From: an uncultured candidate division Zixibacteria bacterium
GTDB taxonomy: Bacteria; Zixibacteria; MSB-5A5; RBG-16-43-9
Direction: 5' to 3'
Length of the DNA: 64,000 nucleotides
Assembly: GCA_963713865.1 (NCBI GenBank)
Contig: OY970208.1
Span: forward strand, 1,248,001-1,312,000
Part shown: positions 53,245 to 64,000 of the stretch, piece by piece
Layout: each line of letters starts with the position of its first letter
How positions within the stretch are numbered: the first letter of the stretch is position 1
Position numbers and translations under genes: made by a program
The notes under the pieces: model-generated
The model's input: only the letters and a program-made list of their open reading frames with translations
What the model was told of the DNA's origin: nothing
Databases searched by the model: none

Positions 53245-55224
53245 AAAAGATTAGGCTCATAATACTGATTTCGATTTTAATTCCATGCTGGTATTTTAAT
53301 AGTATAGGATTTTACGGAACATTCTACGATGGCACAGGTGCCAGGGATACTGTCTGGATGAATGTTGCCACTTTCGATACTTTAGGTCAGCAAACAAATG
53401 CGGATTCAGTTTGGTTTATTCGTCATTACAGGACTACAGCAATTGATACTGTGATTATGAGTACAGCTACTGCGGGGACTGGATACTATATTACTGGTAA
53501 AAGAGCTTTTGATGGCACTAATTATGGTGATTATACGGTCAGGATTAGGTGGAAAAGCCAGACTAAATATTTTGGCAAAACTGAAAGCTATACTGTGTTC
53601 CCCAGCGATACTTCAAATATTAAAACGATGCTGACTAATAATTCTTTTGCCCAGATTGGCACGGATAAAATCTGGAGATTGAGAGGGCTGGCAATTAGAG
53701 GAACATCTGGAGATGATACCGCTTTTATAGCTCAAGGCTATGGCTACGGTATGGGTGTATTAGCAGGGGGTGGGTCAACTGGAGCAGATGGCTTCTATGC
53801 TTTAGGTGGTGGAACTGGTGCAGGGTTTCATTCAGTTGGTGGCTCTGGCGATGGAGCAGAAGGTATTTTTGCCGAAGGAACAGGGTTCTGGTCCGGGCAT
53901 ATATGGTCTTGGTGGAAACTCTGGTAGTGGATTACAGGTTATTGGTCAAGGTTCAGCTTCAGGAATAAGGGCTGATGGCGGATCAAGTGGTAATGGTATT
54001 ACAGTAACAGGTTTTAGTTCAGGTTCTGGGATAAGAGCAGTAAAAGGTTCAACTGGATATGATATTTATGGTAATATACAAGGCAATCTATTGGGCTCAG
54101 TGAACTCAGTAACATCTGGAGTTACGGTTTCGACTAATAATGATAAAACCGATTATCAATTAGCGTCCGGGCAGGTTATTTCCAGGGCGGATTCGGTTAC
54201 AGGCGTAGGGAGAATATCGTCAAATCTGGATAAAACTAACTATTCTCTAAATTCCAATTATCTAACTAAAGCGGATTCAGGTTCTACAGGTACAAGTTAT
54301 CTGCGGGCAAAATATATCGAGGACAAAATCGGGTACCGACTATCGGCTCAAGGTCAGGCAGATATATGGATAAATGATACTACCGGTGAAAATTCAGGCT
54401 GGGCTGGATTTTTTAAAGGTAGATTGGATGCCGATGTTTCATCGAGATTTGCTCCTGGTGATTCAGGGATTATAGCCAGAGTTCCCTGGGATAACGATTT
54501 GATTGCTCAAGCTCAAAGGAGAATAAGATATGTTGATAGTTTAGGAGAAGAGTTATCAGGTGGTGGAAGTGCAGCTAATCCGGACACTATAGCTAATCAT
54601 GTCTGGATCTGGGATAGCAGGACTTTAACCTCAGGAGCAGGGGCTGGTACTAATCAGGTTGTCATAACCACAAAACAAAGCTCTGATTCAACTCCGATCG
54701 CCAGTGTTCAGATGCAGGTTTTAAATTATGAGCAGACCGCAACAGCCGGACTATTAACCACTAATCCATCTGGACAGGCAACTTTTGCTTTAGATAATGC
54801 TATTTACAAAGTGCGGATGTTTAAACCGGGCTGGCAATTTACTGTTCCAGAAAGTTTAGTTGTTTCCGGAAATAGTTCTGCAACTTTCTATGCATCAGTT
54901 TTTGATCCTGGTTTACCACCCTCAGCTGAGCTTTGTCGGGTTTATGGCTGGATTAAAGACCTTAAGGGCTTGCCAGTAGTTGGAGCGGTTATCGATGCTA
55001 AGATCGTATCAACTCCCTTAAGGTATCAATCGGTTTTAATCAGCCCTTATTATAGAACTACAAACACCGATAGCGAGGGATACTGGTATTTGGACCTGTA
55101 TCCTAATTCTAAATTGAGCCCCTCCAGTACCCAGTATGATTTTACTATCTATATCCCTTACGGTACAATCCTAAAGTTAAAGAACACTGTTCCGGAACAG
55201 AGTAGCTGGGAATTAGGATGGTGA
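53241..55224 (+). CDS. Fibre-like Gly-rich repeat protein, apparent +1 frameshift at about 53885
   Basis: Signal-like N-terminus; G-x-x-x-x-G-G-x-x-G repeats; DKTDYQL/DKTNYSL/DKIGYRL repeats; TIANHVWIWDSRTLT; prealbumin-like C-terminal domains (RVYGWIKDLKG...TDSEGYWYLDLYPN). Confidence 0.6.
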
Positions 55225-55344
55225 TTCTTAAGATGTCATTGCGAGTCCGCCAAAGGCGAGACGAAGCAATCCGTTTAATAACTCATTGAGGAGATTGCTT
55301 CGTTGTCCCCGTAGGGGGACTTCTCGCAATGATATGATAAATGT

Positions 55345-55887
55345 ATGAGGATCTTTTTCTGGAGGGTCAAAGGGTATAGAAATATCTGGAGATTTAAAAT
55401 TATGTGCTGGACAGTTTATAAAGACTTGAGAATGGATCCATTGAATCCAATTTCTGTTAAGACAAAGATTACTTCAGAGGAGGTGGATGCTTATCTCGTC
55501 TCCACTCCTCTCCGGGGAATAGGAAATGATTTAGTGCGGGTGGCTTCTAAGAACAAGGTTAATCCAATCTATATATTGGCTCATATTATACACGAAACCG
55601 GCTGGGGAGAATCAAAGATCTTTCTAGAAAAGAATAACCTATTCGGGTTTGGAGCTTGTGATAAAAACCCTTTAGCTCTGGCGATTAGTTTTGGTTCGGT
55701 CAAAGAATGTCTGGAAAAAGTGGTCAAATATATTGCCAGAGAGTATTTGAATGAAGGTGGAAAATTCTATGCTGGTTCAAATCTAATTGGGATGAACCGC
55801 CATTATGCCAAAGATAAGTCCTGGTGTTTTAAGATTACGGCTCTGATGAATCAGATCGAGGATTTTCTTTTTGAAAGAAGAAATTAA
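55345..55887 (+). CDS. GH73 glucosaminidase-domain peptidoglycan hydrolase (endolysin-like)
   Basis: VNPIYILAHIIHETGWGES, KNNLFGFGA, EYLNEGGKFY and YAKDKSW; no signal peptide. The start may be at about 55402. Confidence 0.85.
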   Translation: MRIFFWRVKGYRNIWRFKIMCWTVYKDLRMDPLNPISVKTKITSEEVDAYLVSTPLRGIGNDLVRVASKNKVNPIYILAHIIHETGWGESKIFLEKNNLFGFGACDKNPLALAISFGSVKECLEKVVKYIAREYLNEGGKFYAGSNLIGMNRHYAKDKSWCFKITALMNQIEDFLFERRN

Positions 55888-56016
55888 AAAGTTAGATGCG
55901 AGAAAGGAGACAAGAAATTGGATCGTAGTGCGGCCCTGCACCAGACGGTGCAAAGTCGCCAAATATAAAGGACAGAACAATGTTCTGTCCCTACAAATTA
56001 TTTTACAGGAGGTGTT

Positions 56017-56379
56017 ATGCTAAATTTACCTAACCTCGCCACGGGCTACTGGCAACTGTTTTTTATCCCTCTCTCTATCTTCTCAACCGTGAGCGGCTGG
56101 ATCTTATCCGGAGTCGGGACTTTAATCACCCTGATCGTTGCCTGGCTGGCCAAGGAATATCTTGTTCCTTATCTTTCCACCGAGAGGAAGAGGAAAATGG
56201 CAAGCTACATCCTTTTGATCGCCGATGAGGTAACGGATTATTTTCGGCTGAAATATCCGGAGGTTAAATGGACCGAGTGGCTGAATCAGGCGATTGATAA
56301 AATTATCGAGATCACTGGTACTACAAAAGAAGTGGCTTCAAGAGCGGCACAGGCGGCCATAGCCAGGAAAATCAAATAA
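56017..56379 (+). CDS. Holin-like membrane protein
   Basis: N-terminal hydrophobic helices, charged C-terminus ending RAAQAAIARKIK; directly after the hydrolase; GGAGG RBS. Confidence 0.55.
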   Translation: MLNLPNLATGYWQLFFIPLSIFSTVSGWILSGVGTLITLIVAWLAKEYLVPYLSTERKRKMASYILLIADEVTDYFRLKYPEVKWTEWLNQAIDKIIEITGTTKEVASRAAQAAIARKIK

Positions 56380-56442
56380 GAGAAAACGGTTTTCCTGATT
56401 GGTGAGCGAAAAAATAATATAGAGGCACGGTATGCCGTGCCT

Positions 56443-56943
56443 CTATGCACTCTTTTCTAGTTTCAACAGCCTTTTCTTAAGCTCAATCCCGCCTCCATAT
56501 CCACCCAACCCTCCATCTGATTTAATTATTCTGTGGCAGGGGACGAGTATAGATACGGGATTTGTGGCGCAGGCATTTCCCACTGCCCGGGCTTTTTTAG
56601 GACTGCCAACCATAGCAGCTAATTTTTTATAACTGATGGTTTTTCCGAAAGGGACTTCCAGCATCTTCTTCCAGACCTTTTGTTGAAAAAGAGTGCCTGA
56701 GCTTAAATCTAACTTCTCGGTGAATCCAGCTTTTTTACCGGAGAGATACTGGTTGAGCTGTTTTCTCAAACTGGAGAATTTTGCTTCAGATTTGACCAGC
56801 TCGACATCCTTTTTCTTCTTTAACTCCTCAAAAAACCTGCCCCAGGTAGGTTGATGAAAAAGCAAATTATTTAATCCCTTATCAGTCCTGGTGACCAAAA
56901 TTCTCCCTATCTTACTCTCCAGAACCGCATAATAAAGTTTCAT
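56443..56943 (-). CDS. ogt: Methylated-DNA-protein-cysteine methyltransferase
   Basis: GTLFQQKVW, ARAVGNACATNP, active site VPCHRII and LGGYGGG. Confidence 0.95.
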   Translation of the reverse strand: MKLYYAVLESKIGRILVTRTDKGLNNLLFHQPTWGRFFEELKKKKDVELVKSEAKFSSLRKQLNQYLSGKKAGFTEKLDLSSGTLFQQKVWKKMLEVPFGKTISYKKLAAMVGSPKKARAVGNACATNPVSILVPCHRIIKSDGGLGGYGGGIELKKRLLKLEKSA

Positions 56944-57051
56944 AAAACCTCCTCCTTAGTAGTGAGTGATCAGTGACCAGTTTTTAGATTTTTATTTTAA
57001 AGATCATTGAACCTTTGAACTTTTGTCCTCCTCAGGCGGATTGAACATTTT

Positions 57052-58881
57052 TTATTGTTTATGAAAATATTCATAAATCTTTTCCACTAATTTCCGGGGA
57101 ATACTCTCCGTTTCCAGAAGCTCATTTAAACTTGCTTGTTTAATCCTTTCAACTGAACCAAATTTAGAAAGGAGAGCTTTTTTTCTGATTTTACCAATCC
57201 CTTCTATCTGGTCTAACTCTGAGGCTCTAACCTTTTTCTCCCTTAAAGTTTTATGATAGGAGATGGCAAATCTATGCGCCTCATCTCTGATTCTCTGTAA
57301 TAATCTTAAAGAGGAGGAGCTTTTTGGAATCATAAGGGATGAAGTTCTTTCTGGCAAAAAGACCTCATCTAACCTCTTAGCCAGCCCGATAACATTTAAG
57401 TTCTTAATCCCTATCTCATTTCCTCTAGCTCCAAATTCGGATAAAACCTTTAAAGCAGAGGAGAGCTGTCCCTTACCTCCATCGATTAATACTAAATCTG
57501 GCAACTTCTTTTTCTCCTCTAAATTTCTAATGAAGTATCTTCTGACTACCTCCTCCATCATAGCATAATCATCCTGTCCTTGTACGGTTTTTATCTTGAA
57601 CTTTCGATATTCTGATTTCTTAGGTCTGGCATCTTCAAAAAAGACTGAAGAGCCAACCGCATCGGTTGGTCCTAAATTGGAGATGTCAAATGCCACAATT
57701 TCCCTCGGAAAGTTTGGTAAATATAAATCCTTTTTTAAAGCTACAATTGAAGATGGAATCGTTCTTTTTATCCTTTTCTTTTGAATCAAAAGCTCCATCA
57801 AGAGAAGCTGGGCATTCTGAGTTGCTAAATTTAATAAACTTACTTTCTCACCTTTTCTGGGTAAGATAAGCTCAACTTTTTTCTGGCCTTTCTCCTGAAG
57901 CCATTCCTGAATAATCTCCTTATCCTCGATCTCAACCGGTATGAAAATCTCCTCCGGTATTATGGCCACATTCAAATAATATTGCTTTAAAAAAGAATTC
58001 AAAATCTCTGCATCCGGAACATTTTTCCGGGCTTTTAAATAGAAATGCTGTCTGCCAATTAAAACCCCTTCTCTAACCTGAAGGGTTGCCATACAGATAT
58101 CTGAACCATCCCGGGCATAAGCGATAATATCCCGGTCAATCTCCTCTTTTCCTACTATTTTCTGTTTCTGCATTATGCTTTCAATGGCTTTGAACTGGTC
58201 CCTGACCCTTACCGCCTCTTCAAACCTTTCCTCTTCAGCTAATCTATTCATCCTCTGTTTCAACTGCTTGATTAAAACTCTATTTTTACCGGATAAAAAT
58301 AAAATGACGATATTAATTATTTCCCGGTATTCTTTTTCCGAGACCAGACCTTCACAGGGTCCCTGACACCTCTTAATCTGGTAATCCAGGCATAATCTTA
58401 TCCTTCTCTTAGAAGGAAGCGCATAGTTACAACTTCTCACCGGGAAAAGCTTTCGCAGAAATCTTAAGGACTGCCTCATCCCTTTGACATTGGTATAAGG
58501 ACCAAAATATTTTGCCTTGTCCTTCTTAGGTTTCCTGACCACCAGTATCCGGGGAAAAGGCTCATCCACCGTGACCTTGAGATAGGGGTATCTTTTATCA
58601 TCTTTCAGATTAACATTATAGCGGGGCTTGTGTTCCTTGATCAGATTAGATTCCAAGATCAAAGCTTCCATTTCTGAATCAGTAACCATAACCTCGAAAT
58701 CTTTTATTCTCGAAACCAGGGCCGAAGTCCGCGGATGTTCTACCCTGTTCTGGAAATAAGCTTTAACCCGGTTTTTCAAAGATTTAGCCTTCCCCACATA
58801 GATAATCTTCTCCTCTTTATCTTTAAAAAGATAAACTCCGGGCTGTGTGGGAAGATTTTCTAATTTTGCTTCAAGATTCAT
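57052..58881 (-). CDS. uvrC: Excinuclease ABC subunit C
   Basis: GIY-YIG (PGVYLF..IIYVGKAKSL), FDISN, DDYAMM, LIDGGKGQL, RDEAHRFA and HhH. Confidence 0.97.
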   Translation of the reverse strand: MNLEAKLENLPTQPGVYLFKDKEEKIIYVGKAKSLKNRVKAYFQNRVEHPRTSALVSRIKDFEVMVTDSEMEALILESNLIKEHKPRYNVNLKDDKRYPYLKVTVDEPFPRILVVRKPKKDKAKYFGPYTNVKGMRQSLRFLRKLFPVRSCNYALPSKRRIRLCLDYQIKRCQGPCEGLVSEKEYREIINIVILFLSGKNRVLIKQLKQRMNRLAEEERFEEAVRVRDQFKAIESIMQKQKIVGKEEIDRDIIAYARDGSDICMATLQVREGVLIGRQHFYLKARKNVPDAEILNSFLKQYYLNVAIIPEEIFIPVEIEDKEIIQEWLQEKGQKKVELILPRKGEKVSLLNLATQNAQLLLMELLIQKKRIKRTIPSSIVALKKDLYLPNFPREIVAFDISNLGPTDAVGSSVFFEDARPKKSEYRKFKIKTVQGQDDYAMMEEVVRRYFIRNLEEKKKLPDLVLIDGGKGQLSSALKVLSEFGARGNEIGIKNLNVIGLAKRLDEVFLPERTSSLMIPKSSSSLRLLQRIRDEAHRFAISYHKTLREKKVRASELDQIEGIGKIRKKALLSKFGSVERIKQASLNELLETESIPRKLVEKIYEYFHKQ

Positions 58882-59228
58882 ACATACTCTATACGATTAA
58901 TACCTGATTCTAATATATACCAACTCCTGCCAAGACTGTCAAATAAAAAAAAGATGCCCACTTTCTGTCATTACGAGGAGTCCCATACGGGGAGGACGAA
59001 GCAATCCACAGATGATGAAGTAAAAGTAAAGGGATTACATCACCCGTAGGGCCCACAATGACAACCGGAGCACTCATTGAGGCAGACCCCTATTTTTGCT
59101 CTGTTAAATCCTATAATCTCGATAACCCACAAATAATTCCCCTTGTTTTTTTCCTTTTTTGAATTATTATATTACTGATTAGTTAAAATATTAAGGCAAA
59201 CTTATAACCTTAAAAAAAAGGTAGAATT

Positions 59229-61205
59229 ATGAAAAGGTTTCTAAGGGTTTTCATCATTTGCGGACTTTTTTTAATTGCAGTTCCCGGTCTTATCTCCGCG
59301 GTTGACCTTTCCAGGGGTATAATCCTCGACATTCCTCAGGAAAAAGCTGAATCACAATTCGGGAAAATCCCTCCATCTCAACTCACACCGCAGGACAGCA
59401 GCGCGATGGCTTCATTCCGTTTTACCGGCGATACGCTTAAGGTATTAGCCATTATGGTGGAATGGTCGAATCGAAGAGGCACATATTCCAGAGAGACTTT
59501 TGATAGTCTGCTTTTCTCCAGAAATGTCTATCCGGGCGGCTCTGTGGCTGATTATTGTTACGAAGTTTCTTATGGTAAATTAAATGTAGTGGGAGAGGTA
59601 AGAAACTGGTATAATGCCGGTCTTTATTCGGCCTATTATGATTTTGAAAAACTGTTTCCAATACTTGATCCGGTCATAGACTATTCCCAATTCGATGGTA
59701 ACCAGGATGGAGATGTGGATGCGGTTATCTTCATCCGTTCCGGCAACGGGCAGGAGGATTCGCAGGATTGGAATGACATCTGGTCTTTTGCTATGGTCTA
59801 TTCTCCCGGTTCAGGTTCAGGTCCCTACGATGGAATGCGCATGCCCAGGTGGAACACCTCTCCAGAGACCCAGCCCTTGCATAACCCTCTTTATCCACCG
59901 GGCTTTACAGGTGAGAATAGATTAAATAAAATAAGAGTCTTCTGTCACGAATTAATGCATAATGTAGGTTTACCCGACCTGTATGATTATGATGACAAGC
60001 TGGTTATTTCAACTTTCAACACACCGGATGACGACAATGACCATCCTTTAGTTGACTGGGATGTGATGGGATATTACGGTTATGGATATCTCTCCATCGG
60101 TTCGCAAATCCCTTCTCATCTTTGTGGATGGAATAAAAAAATAGCCGGATGGATTGAGCCGGTGGTAGTGGGTGGCGGAGCTCATAACCCTGTTATATTA
60201 TATAATATCGAAACAACCGAGGATAGTTCCCTGTATATGATACCCATAAACCTGGCTGAAGGGGAATATTTTCTCTTAGAATACCGTAATCCTCGTTCCA
60301 CAGCTAAGTTTGATAAAATAGATTCTGACTTCAGCTGTTACCTCTGGCCCAATCTAAGTTATGGTGGAGATACCCTGGACCGGGGTCTTTTGATTACTCA
60401 TGTTCACGATTCTTTAGGAGCTTATTTCTGGAGGATAAATGACGGAACGCCGGATTATTCACACTACACAGTAGCAGTGGAAGATGCAGGTTATAATCCA
60501 GCTAAAGATACCTCTTACAATCCAGGAGGGCATGTTTCTGATAGTGCTCTCTGGTGGTACTCCTATGAGACCAGAAAATCAGCCCCTTTCTCCAGTTATG
60601 AACCCGGTCAGGAGATTTTCAGCCCCACTACCTACCCTAACAGTAATAGCTATTTTGGACCCACAGGTATAATTGTCAGAGTAGATTCCATAATTAACGA
60701 CCGGCTCTTTGCTTATATCTATGCTCCGATTCCACCTTTCACTTTAATTTCGCCTGAAGATAGTGTTTTTGTCCCTTATATAGTAAACTTCAACTGGACA
60801 GAACCCTACTCTGGGGATCAACTCAGATATGATTTATATGTCAGCACTTCTCCTGCTTTTAACCTTGATTCCACAATTATCTACGATAGTCTTTTAAGCA
60901 GCCAGTTTACGGATACCCTGGAGATCGCAAGATATTACTGGAAAGTCAGGGCTTATGATAACTCTTTAGAAAAATGGTCCAACCAGACCTGGACTTTACT
61001 TTCTGCGATGTGGGGGGATGCTAATGGTGATAAAAAAGTTAGCGTTTCAGATGTAGTTTATCTGATAAACTATTTATTCAAAGGTGGACCTCCTCCTGTT
61101 CCTGAATTGTTAGTTGGAGATGTTAATTGCGATGGTAAAATCTCGGTTAGCGATGTAGTTTATCTAATCAATTACCTTTTCAAAGGTGGACCACCACCCT
61201 GTTAA
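59229..61205 (+). CDS. M6 (immune inhibitor A-like) metalloprotease with dockerin-like C-terminus
   Basis: Signal peptide; SVADYCYEVSYG, DYSQFDGNQDG, FCHELMHNVGLPDLYD, WDVMGYYG, EYFLLEYR and twin dockerin repeats. Confidence 0.9.
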   Translation: MKRFLRVFIICGLFLIAVPGLISAVDLSRGIILDIPQEKAESQFGKIPPSQLTPQDSSAMASFRFTGDTLKVLAIMVEWSNRRGTYSRETFDSLLFSRNVYPGGSVADYCYEVSYGKLNVVGEVRNWYNAGLYSAYYDFEKLFPILDPVIDYSQFDGNQDGDVDAVIFIRSGNGQEDSQDWNDIWSFAMVYSPGSGSGPYDGMRMPRWNTSPETQPLHNPLYPPGFTGENRLNKIRVFCHELMHNVGLPDLYDYDDKLVISTFNTPDDDNDHPLVDWDVMGYYGYGYLSIGSQIPSHLCGWNKKIAGWIEPVVVGGGAHNPVILYNIETTEDSSLYMIPINLAEGEYFLLEYRNPRSTAKFDKIDSDFSCYLWPNLSYGGDTLDRGLLITHVHDSLGAYFWRINDGTPDYSHYTVAVEDAGYNPAKDTSYNPGGHVSDSALWWYSYETRKSAPFSSYEPGQEIFSPTTYPNSNSYFGPTGIIVRVDSIINDRLFAYIYAPIPPFTLISPEDSVFVPYIVNFNWTEPYSGDQLRYDLYVSTSPAFNLDSTIIYDSLLSSQFTDTLEIARYYWKVRAYDNSLEKWSNQTWTLLSAMWGDANGDKKVSVSDVVYLINYLFKGGPPPVPELLVGDVNCDGKISVSDVVYLINYLFKGGPPPC

Positions 61206-61294
61206 AAACAGTTTGGAGTTTGTTCATTTGTAAGTTTGTTAGTTTGTTCGAGGTTTCTTCAAACTCCAAACGGACAAACGATCAAACTGTTTTC

Positions 61295-61367
61295 GCCACC
61301 GTAGCTCAGATGGCAGAGCAGCTGATTCGTAATCAGCCGGTCACCCGTTCGATTCGGGTCGGTGGCT
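61295..61367 (+). tRNA. tRNA-Thr(CGT)
   Basis: Acceptor stem GCCACCG/CGGTGGC, anticodon arm GCTGA-TTCGTAA-TCAGC, T-loop GTTCGATTC; CCA not encoded. Confidence 0.93.
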
Positions 61368-61632
61368 GTAAAAAACAGTGGTTAGTTGTCAGTGGTCAGT
61401 GGATGGTAGGGGTGACCCTCTGTGGTCGCCCATTTTTATTTCGTAGCGTTCCGGGTTTATCCCGGACGTTTTATTTTCGCTCGACACAAAGGTCGGATGT
61501 TACAAGTTCTATTTCTCCACCTTGAGGCAAGGTGGGGTTACCGGCTCACAGGAAAAAAAATATTTTAATAATCTTCAAATGAAACAATAAAAGATTAAGT
61601 ATAATATATTGGTATAAAACATAAAAAAACAC

Positions 61633-61661
61633 TTGACAAGGATAAGTCTAAATATTATAAT
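61633..61661 (+). promoter_or_regulatory. rRNA P1 sigma70 promoter (second TTGACA at 61766; boxA-like TGCTCTTTG at about 61852)
   Basis: Perfect TTGACA-N17-TATAAT with an upstream A-rich tract. Confidence 0.85.
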
Positions 61662-61951
61662 AGGTTTGCCGATAGATATAGAGGGAGCTAAAAAGCTGTC
61701 CTTCAGGCAAAAGGATAAAAGTTGAGAGGAAAAAAAGACTCTTTGAAAATTTGTAAAAATTTTCCTTGACAAATATCGCAGATAGTTTATATTTAATGTC
61801 TGCCTGAAAACGATATTTGAAGGCAGACATTTTTTTCGCTATTAAAAAGACTGCTCTTTGAAAATTAAATAGCGTGCATAGGTTTTGAAGACGATGCGGG
61901 TCTTCGATTTCGAACAATAGAGCCCAAATTCGGGTTCGTTGTATGAGCTTT

Positions 61952-63502
<1,551 letters not shown>

Positions 63503-63670
63503 CTAAGGAGTAAAAACAGGTGCGTAAAAGATCGAACGCATTGTTCTTTTAGCTTATGCACGCTATCTTAATATTTTTTTATATATGGTGGCCTTTTTGA
63601 CTTATCCGAGAGGCGGATCCTGAGGATAGGTTTACAGCAGAAGCTCAAGAAGGCTGTGAACCCTCGCTGT

Positions 63671-63747
<77 letters not shown>

Positions 63748-63850
63748 GAATAAAAAAATGTAAATGGTTCATAGTGGATAGTTAATGGTACAAAAAAATA
63801 AAAAACTATGAACTAATAACCATTAACTATGAACTAATTGAGGTTGTTCT

Positions 63851-64000
63851 TTGAAATATGATTTCTATGACCGAGAGGAATATTACAAGCCTAAGCTTGC
63901 ACTTAAAGTCAGAAATATTCTTCATAAAAGGCTTCTGAAAAATATTTCTCCACCGGAAGAGGTTCTGGAGATAGGGATAGGTTTTGGCGAATTTGCTCGC
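63851..64000 (+). CDS. Class I SAM-dependent methyltransferase, 3' truncated
   Basis: TTG start after GAGG; open to the window end as MKYDFYDREEYYKPKLALKVRNILHKRLLKNISPPEEVLEIGIGFGEFAR (motif I VLEIGxGxG). Confidence 0.7.
   Translation, partial: MKYDFYDREEYYKPKLALKVRNILHKRLLKNISPPEEVLEIGIGFGEFAR

Noticed and set aside
45439-55224. Programmed ribosomal frameshifts in phage-like genes
   Set aside because: No slippery heptamers are present, and the same GTTCTGG context breaks housekeeping genes, pointing to systematic sequencing error.
7332-56379. A single intact 49 kb prophage
   Set aside because: Most intervening DNA is clearly host (ABC transporter, PBP, tldD/pmbA, nurA/herA, csp), and no integrase, replication module or att pair is seen.

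Overview
Low-GC bacterial chromosomal segment. Five secreted proteins with C-terminal dockerin-like repeats suggest candidate phylum Zixibacteria or a related lineage; this is an inference that the 16S gene at about 61952-63502 can test. Host genes include tdh, an M48 protease, a sugar ABC transporter, an L,D-transpeptidase, an S11 peptidase, DUF1611, a four-gene DUF6754 membrane cluster, HD-GYP, nurA/herA, tldD/pmbA, DUF5916, csp, ogt, uvrC, an M6 protease, tRNA-Thr, 16S rRNA and tRNA-Ile. The main observation is a set of phage-type virion genes split into four + strand islands over about 49 kb. They are a prohead protease-like gene and scaffold (7.3-9.6 kb), decoration protein and major capsid protein (41.3-43.2 kb), a structural protein (45.4-46.9 kb), and an adaptor-like protein, spike/fibre-like proteins, glucosaminidase endolysin and holin-like protein (49.5-56.4 kb). 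The islands keep canonical phage order, are separated by ordinary host genes, and have no integrase or replication genes in view, so they are a candidate domesticated GTA-like particle system. Other observations: a RAYT+SIR2 insertion between nurA and herA; a tdh 3'-end duplication flanking a two-gene cassette; a 16S gene followed by a protein gene instead of 23S; many REP-like palindrome families and heptamer arrays. Seven of eight frameshifts fall on GTTCTGG/CCAGAAC, probably a methylation-linked long-read error. All family assignments come from motif recognition, not database searches.
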